Shown piece by piece: positions 52,791 to 64,000 of a stretch of DNA of 64,000 bases. Source of the DNA: Takakia lepidozioides (taxonomy: Eukaryota; Plantae; Bryophyta). Location of the stretch: assembly GCA_030704615.1 (NCBI GenBank), contig CM060731.1:33604001-33668000 (forward strand). The letters run 5' to 3'. Under the pieces are notes generated by a model. That model saw only the letters and a program-made list of their open reading frames with translations, had not been told where the DNA came from and made no database searches. The translations under genes and the position numbers were made by a program. Within the stretch, counting starts at the first letter, position 1. Each line of letters opens with the position of its first letter.

Positions 52791-55700
52791 CCAAAACCGG
52801 AAATGCGGCGCCGCATTTCCATGTTGGAACGAAAAAACGGAAATCCCCTGGCACTGGCACTGGCACTGCAGCATCGGTCGTGCAACAGAAGGGCACAGTT
52901 CCTGTGAAACAAGAGGTGAGCACATCCACTACCTTCGTGACTCTTTCAGACTTGTCCTCGGAGGATGTTTCTGAGATTCCTCCGCCAGTGCAAACTCCCT
53001 TATTGGATGATGACGAATTGCAAGAGATAACGAGTGTCATTCCAAAATTGAAAGCCCTCGCAGGTGTGCCTGGGTGCAAGAGCGAGCTACGTTTTGTTGA
53101 TTGGGAGTCCCTTCCAGTGCAACGGGTTCAATACCTGCCAGCTCAGTTTGATGGGGACATCTTGTTTGAGCTCAACCCTCCCACGTCTTCCAGTGGACTG
53201 GCTGGGCTTCTGCAGGGCATGGACAAGAAACATGACGGACATCCTTGGTGCAGGACAAAAACGTCGAACATCCATAACGACATTGGCTTGAAATTTCGGA
53301 GGTCGGTTTGCGTTGGGCATTGCAAGTGCCTGAATATTTCTTGCCCTCGGCTGAGAAACAGCGCTCAGCCAAACGAAAGTGAGTGGAAAGGTGTGCCCCT
53401 GAATTCTTTCACCCCAGGGCTTGCACCTCCCAAGACCAATACTTTTGTGTGCAGGTTCTGCAAACTTTCCCCGTCCTGTGTTTCTGTTTGCCACGCTCGT
53501 ATGTATCAGGTGGCACATCGATGCAAGACAATGACTCGTGCCTGCATTCATATGGGTGCACACGAGCATCCTGTGTCCAAAGGGAGTTGCAGGGATAGCG
53601 TGGACATCGCTAGAAATCTACTGAAGCAAGAGTTCCACAATGCCCCTTGTGCAACACCTTCTGCTATAGCGCTTGCAGCTAGCAAGGCATTCCTGAAAAA
53701 ACACATACTGGGTGAAGGGGATGCGACACAACCAATGCTGGATGCAGATTCCCTTGAGGCAGTCATGGACCATTTCTCTGTGTTGAGCTCTCCCAATATT
53801 CGAAACCAGGTGAATGCACTCAGAATGGGCACAGGCACTGCTGGATTCATGGACAACATTATGGACCTCAAACGGAGGAGTCGCTATGAATTCATTCAAA
53901 ACAGTATCTTCCCTGGCCAGGGCTCGTCCAAAGTGTATTTGTTCAAGATGTCCGCTGTGGGCCAAGGCAGTGGTGTGAGCATTGTCCGCCGAATGCAACC
54001 TGGAGGAGATTTGGCTAAATGTTGGTTAATGTTTGATCACTGCAAACGGGTGAAGGGTTGGACAACCATGGCGTGCCATGTGTATGATCCAGCGTACCAG
54101 CGTGTGCTCTCCATAGCAATTTGTGATATGCAGTCGGAGGACACTGAATCCCAGATGCTCATGTGGAATTCCCTCCTGGCCGTCATGCAGCGCAATGGAA
54201 TACAGAACACAAATTTTGCGGGCTTCATGGCTGATAGTGCACAGGCAAATTTCAATGCAGTGCGGCGCGTGTTTGGTTCGGGGGATCCTAAGGTCCCAAT
54301 GGAAAATAGGGAGCGCACATGCCTCTTCCATTGGAGTCAATCTCTGGCACGTCATACAAAGCGCTGCATTCGCCCTGACCTTCAGTTGGAGCATAGAGGC
54401 CTCTGTCTGAAGTACAAGAATGCCACCTCAATGGGAGAAGCTGAGAGCACTTACCAGGCAATCCGGGCTTGGTGGTTCTCCTCTGGTGCTGCTACAGGTA
54501 TCCACCTGAAGGAGTTGGAGGACTGGTTGGTTTTCTGGCACTTCAGGTACAGACAGTGGGGAGCTTTCATGACGACGGTAAGCCTCACAAGTTTTCCTTC
54601 AACACAAATTGCACTTTGCATCGTGCCTGTTCATTTGGGGTTGTTCGATTGTCACTTGAAGAACCTCTACCATTTCTTTTCCTTCCTCACATTTCCATGC
54701 AATGCCTCCTGCAGGACATGTCCTTGGAGGACTTGGCCGACATGCCATCGTGTAATTTGGCAGAGACTGTTCACAACGCCTGGATGCAGCAGTCTACCAA
54801 AGCAGGTCGTGACTTGTATGTGGCCACTGCTGATGACATGGTGCGGGCACTTACACAACAAACCAGGTACCGCAATTTTCTGATGGGACGGGGTGGAGGG
54901 AAGGGCCCCGATACGACTTTGTTGATGCTAAGGGCTGCGAGTAGGTCCGGAGACCCGTCAAAGATGGCCAGAGCTCTAAACAGGTGCACTGAAGGCTCCC
55001 CTCTGCAATCCAGGCTCCCCCATTTGGAAGGCGAGGAAAGATTTGGATCATGCAAAAGGAAATTAAACACTCTTCCAGGGTCAGATGGAGATTCCCATAG
55101 GCCAGACAGGGTCAATTTCTCTGTGCCAAAGGTGTCTCCAGTGCAGACTAAGTCCTGTGCCGGCCCCTTCCCAGGTGGGTCCTCCTCCTGTGGAGCAGGT
55201 GCAGAACATGCAAGCATAGCAGCGGAAATCCCATTGGAGGAGGTGGTGGCCATGGTGCAGGAATCTGATTGCATTGATAGTGACTGGCATATAGAACGCA
55301 CCCCACCAGGATCTAGAGTGGCTTGCATGGCAATTCGGACCCCCTCATTCAAGAAATGCAAATCAAAAATATGCAAAGGCTCCAGGGGGACTCCAGCTCC
55401 AACATTCACAGGGTTGTTCCGACCTTATCATAGTGGGGAGTCAAAAGAGCACAAGTTTTGGTTCTGCCCAGACGATATGGCACGATGCGTGAAGGGAACA
55501 GTTCGTCCTTCCGTGATGATGAAGCCCCCTCCCCCCGCAATTTGGCCTGTGAAAATTGGGACATCGCTGTCCTCAACCGAGATAAGCATGCTGGAGGAGG
55601 GAGGGTTTTGTCTTGCACGGTCCCGGGTGGTGCCCTTATGCACTGTCGGCACAGATGTGCCACATGCTCCGACAATGCCTCCACCCGGTGCCGACTCCCA

Positions 55701-57306
55701 CCCAACAAAAAAAGATGGAAAAACAGTGCGCCGTGTTGCTTCGGGTGCAGATCACGAATGCAAGATGGAATCGGCTAGAATTTTGCAGGCTAGGGTGACT
55801 CGTATCACCGAAGTCCCTTCCCCGGGGTATGGACGGATTTACACAGTGCTGTCAATTGGCTCAGTTCTTCATGCCAAAGAATATCAGGTTACCGTCGGGA
55901 ATTTCCCTTCATGCACTTGTCCGGATTTTGTAACGATGCGTGAGGGCGCTCTCGGCATGAGAGGGAAGTGGGTCCCCTGCAAGCATCAATATTACATATA
56001 CCTTGTAATTATGTGTTGCGACGGTAAGAGAGACCAATTCATTCACCAAGCCACACTAGGCTACGGAGAAGTCATCACCCTTCTGCAGCGGGACACCTCG
56101 CATAGAGCTCCGCCAACTTCTCTTTGAACACATAAGAGCCATGCCCGCTTCCCATGCTGGTTTTCAGGTTGCCGTGTGAAGACTTTTCATTTTATGACAA
56201 ACATATACATTTCGTTCACGGAACCAGGGCAAATGCACTTGCGATTCATTGTAAGCGTCTCTCTGTGAATTGAAATAAACTGTGTCAATCATTCTGAGCT
56301 CAAATCTGCCATATTTACATATTCCTCTTTTTTGGCACGCATTGCAGACATGGTGCATGGTGGCCTCCTTTGTTTTGTCCACGGTAATAGGCCCTCTTCC
56401 TGCAATCCTCGCCTATAGGACCTGCTTCTCCAGCAGATTCGTGCCGCTCACGCTTCCCTGAAGCGTGAGCTCAGCTCACGCTTCAAAGCTTGAACGTGAG
56501 CTCAGCTCCCAGGCTCACGGGGCTGGGCTCACGCCGTAGCTACGCTGAGAATCAGGAGACATCATTGTGTGGCTCTCTGTTTTCACTGACGCTTCTGGAA
56601 TCAAGCGGGAGTCTTTGCGCGCAATGGAGTATTTGGAAGGCTATTACCGCTTTGAGCGAGGTGAGGGCGAGGGTCAATGCGGTCCGTGGGTCCTGAAATT
56701 GTTGACCTCGATATACCAAGCTGGAATGGGATGCCGGACAAATCACGAACGGCCTCGCTTTGGCGCTGGACCTGCTGCCAGTGGACCAGGGAGGACGGCA
56801 CCGGGGAAAACTATATTCGTGGAGTTGAGTCTGCTCTTCCAGTATATGGAGACATTTGGCTAAGTTGCGAAGACAAATCGCACGGGCACATGAGGCCCAC
56901 AGTGACCTTGTCAATGTATGATGGTGGTATCATTGATGGGCATGACATTGTCAGCTCCACCAAGGGCACCAGATCGACCGCATTGCAATTTACCTGGAGG
57001 TGTCGCGTCAATAATGAGCTTGTGTTTGAGGGCTGTCGAAGTTCCGTCTACTTGGTGACGGCCATGTAGAAGGCGGAAGGGCTTAGATTTGTTTGGAGTT
57101 GCTAAATGTGACAGACCTTGTTCGATCAATAAAACAACCCATCGTCCCTCACCTCTGTGTGCTGAGTTTCATGGTATTCAAGAACTGCTGTAATTGTCCC
57201 ACTGTTTACAATTTGTGGTCTACAATTTCATCAATGTGTATGTCCACATGAATATATCAAAGTCCGCGATATCAGAGTCCTTCAGAGTCCGTTCTGGTCG
57301 TAACGG

Positions 57307-58145
57307 AAATGCGGTACCACATTTCCTTTCGTGACATGGAATTTCCATACTTCAAATTCGAAATGCGGCACCGCATTTCCATGTTCGACCTTAAAATGTC
57401 CAAGCATGTCTAATCGCCAATGCTTGTCCATGTCCGTTCTGGAAATGCGACACCGCATTTCCATGTCCGTCATCGAAGTTACGTACTGTACAATGGAATG
57501 CGGTGCCGCATTTTTCCAGTACGATGGAATGCGGTGCCACATTTCCGTTCCTGCCTCTGGAATTGGACAGACAACGATGTCCGTTCTGGAAAAGCGGCAC
57601 TGCATTTTAATGTCCGTCATTGAAGTTACATACTGTACAATGGAATGCGGTGCCGCATTTCCATTCCTACCTCTGGAGTTGGGCAGACAACGATGTCCGT
57701 TCTGGAAATGCGGCACCGCATTTCCATGTCCGTCATCGAAGTTTCGTACTGTAGAATGGAATGCGGTGCCGCATTTCCGTTCCTACCTCTGGAATTGGAC
57801 AGTCAACGATGTCCGGCACCGCATTTCCATGTCCGTCATCGACATTTCGTGCTGGCCTATGGAATGTTGTGCCGCATTTCCGACTAGCACGATGGAATGC
57901 GGTTCCGCATTTCTGTCCAATGGTCTGGAATTGGACAAACATCCATCTCCCAAACGGAAATGTGGCACCGCATTTCCGTGTCCACCATGGGAATAATGTG
58001 TTCGACCTCCGAATGCGGCATCGCATTTCCATTAACCTCAATTGGCAAAACTTCCATGCCGAAAACGGAAATGCGACCTAGTAGTTTATGGTGTCCAAAA
58101 CAGGAAAAATTGTTCTTGCCCTGGTTATGGAAATGCGGTGCACGT
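57307..58145. repeat. Central array of 18-bp palindromes (A/G)AATGCGGNNCCGCATTT
   Basis: Copies start at 57307, 57361, 57443, 57496, 57527, 57590, 57643, 57706, 57759, 57862, 57895, 57958, 58011, plus partial copies. Confidence 0.95.
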
Positions 58146-58599
58146 GGTTTGACAGATGGTGTCGTTTAGAAGCACATGGGAGAGTGGACATCAACAGCGT
58201 GGAGAAATTCCTTTATATACTATGGAAGAGAATGTAAATATACAGAGGGTTAATTAAAATTCTACCAATCTTTGAAAATTATCGTCACTGTCGTCATCTT
58301 GTCTTTGACTGTCCTGCTCCCCTTCCACCCCTCGATGCATCTCTCGTGTCCAGCGGACTGCTCGTTGGCGAGGCTTTCAAAACTCCCATCTTCCCCTTGC
58401 GGAACTGACCATCTCACCTCCATTGGGTCGTCGTCCTCCATGTCTGCATCGCTCTCTTCCGCTGAATCACATATATACTTTCGCACCCGTCTACTTGTCT
58501 CAGCTGCTGCCAACTCTTTCCTTATCCTTCTGTCCTCCCTAGCCCTCTCAAACCGAAATGCGACACCGCATTTAGGATGTGCTTGGGAGGGTATGAGAA

Positions 58600-59832
58600 T
58601 CTTACGAGTTGAGGTCCGCCATGGCATTCTTGTGCAGGGAGGAGTCTGCCGCCTTCACCTTGAGGATGACACACTCCACAATGTAATGCTAGCCAATATG
58701 GTTGGCATGGTTCTGCTTGATGTACTCCCACCAAGCAAGAAGTCAGTGATTCCCGTCCCACACAAAGAATATTTTGCCGACATATGGCCAAAGTCTGGAT
58801 CACCCTTCAGCATTGTCTCGAATTCGTCGTTGCGAGTGTGCCAGTAGGTATCCCATACTAACAACTCATGGCTGCCGAACCTAGACGATACCCTTCTCGA
58901 AATGCGAACTTGAACTTATTCACATCTCCTGGAAGAGCCTGCCTGACGATGGGAAGGGAGACCATGCGACAGAGTGGGATTCGAAGAGTCCACTGGAATA
59001 CCCTGCTCCCCAAAACTCTACCAATGCTACTGTGTGTCTCCTCCAACATTGTGTCCGCTGCACTTTGGAATTCCTTCGGAGACATTTCTGCAGGTGGCGG
59101 TAGGGGCTGAGCAGCTGGAGCATCCCCAACTGCAGTTGTACTCTGGCGGAACTTTGCGGGCAATTCTCGCATTGCAGAGACCTCCTCTGGAACTACAGTA
59201 TTTTGAGGTTCTTCCTCAACGCTAGTGAAGTCCCGCTGCGAACACTTAGCAGCGGCACCCTCCTCTGCTGACAGATCGACGAAATCGGTCGATCCCGTTG
59301 CCTTCGCTGCAGCAGAGACGCCCCCAACATCACCTGCCTAGAAATCAAGCAGGAACTGGGCTTCAGGTCGTGGAATCGGTTTTGCGGGAGACTGCTCCGT
59401 CCTCACCCTCATTGCCTTATGCTTCTTCATTCTTGCAGGTGAAGGTGTCTGCTGCATTTGAATCTGCGCTGCTCCCTTCTGTTTCATTCTCTTGGGGGGT
59501 GGGGAAACGGCCTGGTCCGGTTCAGAAACCAGTTCAAGGATGGGCTGCTTCTTCTTCGTCTTTACTGGAGAAGGGGCCGACCCCTGCTGGCGATTCTCCA
59601 TGACCTTCAAGCACGAGTCTTTCTCTGGGGATTTGAACTGCAAAGACTTGACTTTCGAAGCCGCATCCTTGAATCGCACATGGCTAGGCCCGGCAGGAAG
59701 ATTCGTGCTCGTGGATCGGCTAGGTGTTCGTAATGTAGCTAGCTCCACGGATTCTTCCTGTGGCTCTTCGGATTCCTGCGATCCCTCCACCACCTCCACC
59801 TTTCGAGTTAGGCATGCAAACATCTTCTGCAT
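58600..59832 (-). pseudogene. Accessory gene with a ParB/Sulfiredoxin-like motif, degenerate
   Basis: Across frames: IPLCRMVSLPIVRQALPGDV..F.EGY / WDTYWHTRNDEFETMLKGDPDF / GKIFFVWDGNH*LLAWWEYI. WDGNH* is at 58743-58760 (TGA probably from CGA). Low-complexity N-terminus at 59338-59832. Confidence 0.55.
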
Positions 59833-60373
59833 TCAAGTGTCATATCATAGTCTAAGAATTGCACAACGAAAATGAGTGAGGGTTTCAGTGCTCGATCAGC
59901 TGCGCGCATCCCGATAGCACGGAGCTCTCACTAGGGGCTGGGTTGTCTGCGTTGTCTGCTGCTGTGAGATGACCATCTCCTCTTGAAGACGCAATTGCTT
60001 CCTCCCCTTTGGCATTGGCCTACGTCCGAAGTACTACTTGCGGAGTTTGCGACGATGTCTCTTCTCTGGTGCAGGAACTTCCTCCTTCTCAGGTTGGAGC
60101 ATAAAAAGAACACAAACTCGGAAAGGGGCTGAGAGTGCAGATGGAAAGGGCACGAGAGGGGTGACTGAACAGACATGACAAAGAAGATGAAACGGCGGTG
60201 ATGCACCACTTGGGTTCGAAAGGCTGCGCTGGAAGTGTCTCCTCGTGGACTATGCGTCATTACGAAATTCGAATCGTCAAAGCTACGCATGTCGTCCGCC
60301 AAACAAACATCATTAACCAACGGTCAGGCCCTGCCGCCTCCTGCCACTTTAGCCAGCATGAGTGCAGACATGA

Positions 60374-60773
60374 AAATGCGGTGCCGCATTTCCGTTAGTC
60401 CACGTGTTCACATATCATGGCATTTACGACCCAACGTCTCATGAGTTGGAGTGAAACGGAAATACGGCGCCACATTTCCGTTTTCGCAGCTTTGAGTTGA
60501 ATCTCGGACGGAAATGTGGTTTCATGCCTGACATGCAAAAGAGAAATGCGGCGCCGCAATTCCGTTCCACTGTTGCATGGATGAGATGCAAAACAGAAAT
60601 GCGGCTCCGCATTTCCGTTCCACTGTTGCATGGATGAGATGCAAAACGGAAATGCAGCGCCGCATTTCCGTTCTGGAGAAACGAAATCTAAGACTCGGAC
60701 AGAAATGCGGCACCGCATTTCAGTTGCAGTGTTTCGTGAATTACGATCCGAACGGAAATGCGGTACCACATTT
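60374..60773. repeat. Right subterminal array of the same palindrome
   Basis: Starts at 60374, 60460, 60544, 60597, 60650, 60703, 60756. Confidence 0.95.
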
Positions 60774-61518
60774 GGAGAGGACTTCGAGGGTATGGTAGTG
60801 GAATTCTCTATGTCATCCTATTAGCACTAGACCTTGAAATTATATGTTACATTACATGGTATTTAATTATTATCTTTGGTGTAATGAAACACGCTTATGA
60901 TCATCCCTCATATTTTTCACAACATATGATACAATCAGCCTCATACTACACCAAAAAATAGACTAAAATCTGATTACCTTAATTAATTAACTATATTTTT
61001 GAGTTGAGCATAGCAAACAAAGAAAACTATATATCTTTCAATACAGTCCACCCTGGATAAGTGGTACCTACTTTTTGGTTATGTCACCCTTAATGTTATG
61101 AAATCTTTGCTCTATAAAAATTTACACTTGAAAGTGGCATAAGAGCATTATTTGATGTGTTATGAAAATATGGCTCTCCTCTTTGTTAGCACACCTCCAT
61201 AGTTAGATCTTATGCCGAGCCTTAATATAGTTGGTTTGATAGAACATTCATCCACATTATCACTCTTAACATCAATCCACTCTTATCATTCATCCACGTG
61301 TATTTTCAACCCTCTAATGTCAAATAAATATTGTATTCTGTTTGATTGCATAAATACAATGAAGCTGTATGTACTAAACCCTAAACCTTCATTTTGATGG
61401 TTTTGACCTGCTGTATTGCTTTCTTCTCAAATGTTATGTTTTGGATCTTGACCTCTATTTTTGTTATCTGATATATCTACATAAATGTTATATTATTTGT
61501 GCTTTATAGGCATAACAA

Positions 61519-61990
61519 CTAGCATAGCCTGTGCCGTTGGCCCAAGTGTCCAACTTGTCATCTAAGTCCAAGTGCAATCCCTATGTATCCAAGTGCGTCT
61601 CCTATGTCGAGGCCCAAGTGCGACCTCTAGGGTAGCCTGTGCTTTTGGCCCAAGTGTCCAATGTTATCTAAGTCCAAGTGCATCAATATATAAAGCAAGC
61701 CATATCTAATCTTTTTTCCCACAGAGCCTTCGACCAGATTTGAACCCGAGACCTTTCCCTTGATATCTCTCCTCTCGAGATTGTCCCAGGAATTCCCACT
61801 TTGCTATTTTTCGGGAATTTCCAGCGACCCAAAGTACTTGAAATTCCACATCTCCCACACCGTAGGTCCAAGAATCATGAGACCAAGCACATGCACCCCT
61901 CCTCGTCGAGGGCTTTCCAATGGCACCAAGCACCAGGGCTGGGGCCTCGCGGTTGGGGACATCTCAAATCTACAAAACAAAACAAAACAA
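61519..61990 (-). mobile_element. Helitron-like 3' end (duplicated); 5' extent unknown
   Basis: On the - strand an imperfect GC hairpin (cttgggcc-aac-ggcacagg) precedes CTAG followed by T (61519-61522). A second copy has CTAG at 61627-61630. Confidence 0.45.
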
Positions 61991-63052
61991 ACGTCTCGCT
62001 TTGTCGGTTCGATCGTCTGTTGTCATCGAATTGGTGGCAATTCAGTGGATGTGGAGCTTCGGAAGGTGAGTCTCTTTGTCTTGTGCTTGTTGAGAGTGTT
62101 GAGAGTTGAAGTTGTTGAGGTTTGGGCCTTTTGACGTGATGGGAGGGTTAGGTTGCGATATTTGTGCTAGTTGTGTTGTTCGTTGGTTGGGAGTAATGGT
62201 TCATAGTCTGTGTGTGGGCTCACCAGGGCTTGAGATCCTCATCAGAGGTTTCAAAGCGGAACTAGGGTTTATGAGGGATGGGTCTCTTGCGAGTTTTCGA
62301 AATTTTGGTTTATGGAACTATAGTTTCTTTCCCATGTGAGTGAGTAGACAACCTCGTATTGTGCGTTGGTTCTTCTGTAATTGTAGATGCTACACTTAGA
62401 CAATTGTTGAGGAGCTTGTTTGCCTTGTACAGTAGAAACATGTGCCCATTTGTAACAATTCTATATTTCCAACAGGCCCACCTCTAACTAACATCGTTGG
62501 TAACATGCATATCAACAGAGAAGGGAGGAAGGATTTTCAAAATAATCCAAGCAGAGGACCCTTGCAAAGGATCCAGAACAGGCTGCATCGGATCGACTGG
62601 ATTGGCACCGCTGCTTTCATTTCAGGTTCGTGTTCATGAAGCTGACTCATGTTTGTTTGATCCAACCCTTTCATAAACAAGTTGACGTCTAATGTGGTGT
62701 AGGTGTGTTTCTGCATGTGATGCCACCATCACTTACGTTCAGGTATTTTTGTGTCAGCTCGGACACAAATTGGACTATAGCGGTATGACTTGACTCTGGC
62801 CTCGCATCTTGGCAAACCTGCTCATCACCAATGTGATTTGTCTTGTTCTGGGTGTAGGGCTGTGAAGTAAGCCTTGCAAAACTTGATGCCTCTTTTGGTC
62901 TGAGCTTCTTGGTCTGGAGATGGCTGGCAGGAAAGATGATGCTACCACTGCACGAGGTACATAATTTCGAGCTTTATTTTTACATATTAATTTTATGTTA
63001 TATTTTACTTTTAAGTTCTTATTTATATCTTGAGCTATAGTTCAACATATGT

Positions 63053-63505
63053 TTGTTTGTATTATTTTTGGTAGGGAAAGATCCTTTTGCATTTCTATTT
63101 CCAGGGAAAAGACAGAAGCTGTCTTTCAAAATGAAGGAGCCAAAACATGTAGAGTCCACACCAAAGAGACATATTGTCATGAAGCACGTGAGGGGAGGAA
63201 CAGGGACAGCAGCTCACAAGGTCTCTTCTACCCGACTAAGAAGAGTTCTTACTTCCATGTGTAGGGAAAACGTGACTATCAGACCTCTTGGCTCTCCTAT
63301 GATAGGCATGTCTGTCGAATCAGAGCACTCTCTTCTTGATGAACTCAACATGGAGAATAACGAAGTATCCAAGCTCTTGGAAGCCAATAAGAGTTTGATG
63401 GAGGAGATGAGGTTGAAGAACCGGGAGTATGAAGTAATGCGGAAGAATCTTGAATCTCAAGAATCAAGAATCGGAACATTCGAGCATAACACTCGTTTGT
63501 TTTAG
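63053..63505 (+). other. Possible exon of an unknown coiled-coil protein
   Basis: 150-codon ORF with a heptad-like C-terminal part; candidate acceptor tttttggtag near 63073. No recognised domain. Confidence 0.25.
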
Positions 63506-64000
63506 GAGGATGGACACGAATTTGCAGTGAGAGCATTCCTTGATAAGGTTCTTAAGATCTTTTATCATGCTGCAAGGGTGAAGGGGTTCTCAGAGAACAA
63601 GGCCATGTGGTTGAGATCTATATCTGCAGACCATTCTGTCAAGGTCAGTTTATTTCTTGGGGGGTCACTCCTCGTATTTTCAAAACCACGTGAGAATAAG
63701 TACAGGGTGCAGTTTATTCTTTTGAGGTAATTTTTTTTTATAAAATTACTTAAAAAATAAGGTAGGGCAATATCCTTTCACCCAATTTTTTTTTAAAAAG
63801 GTCACAAACAATCTAGAGTTTTACTTAAAAAGTTAATGTAATAAAGGGTTTTATCTATAGTATAATGTATCAATCCCTCATATTTCATCCAGAGTACAAA
63901 AGATTTGAAGGAAAGTTGGCTCTAAATGAGGAATATCAAGGCAGTCTTTAGATTTGATGAATAAGCATGTTCTACCAAAATATGGGGGTCCTTCCATTAT

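Noticed and set aside
57282-58169. Multiple overlapping ORFs (KCGTAF / MRCRIS / NAVPHF peptides)
   Set aside because: These are translations of the palindromic repeat in all frames; the same applies to 60395-60824.
57307-60773. CRISPR-like array (palindromic repeats with 30-45 bp spacers)
   Set aside because: Many spacers are copies of each other, repeats are only 18 bp and degenerate, there are no cas genes, and the context is a eukaryotic transposon.
60781-60803. CACTA/EnSpm terminus (TAGTG ending at 60800)
   Set aside because: I found no matching CACTACCATAC left end, and the encoded transposase is MULE-type. Not fully excluded; sister copies would decide.

Overview
Eukaryotic nuclear DNA, most likely from a non-seed land plant (spliced plant genes, a PLS-class PPR, a plant-type 18S fragment); the species cannot be determined. 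Three host-type genes: a 9-exon PhoD-like phosphatase (- strand), an LYR-type LysM receptor pseudokinase (+) and a PLS/E-class PPR with a frameshifted tail (-). They sit among nested transposon debris: two Ty3/gypsy elements, a copia fragment, a pogo-like pseudogene, two copies of a tRNA-derived SINE, a Helitron-like end and a scrambled B3 pseudogene. Two systems stand out. (1) A ~9 kb Mutator-like element (about 51798-60810) with an open, spliced DDE transposase carrying a GCM-like zinc domain and a SWIM finger. It also has over 20 helically phased palindromes (AAATGCGGNNCCGCATTT) whose half-site matches the GCM binding core, a convergent decayed ParB/Sulfiredoxin-like accessory gene, and an embedded 18S rDNA fragment that supplies an in-frame ATG. 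(2) A Ty3/gypsy retrotransposon with a C5 cytosine methyltransferase ahead of RT in pol, split in frame by a 7.3 kb Sola2-like DNA transposon (18-bp TIRs, ATTG TSD). All domain calls come from motif recognition by eye; no database search was run.
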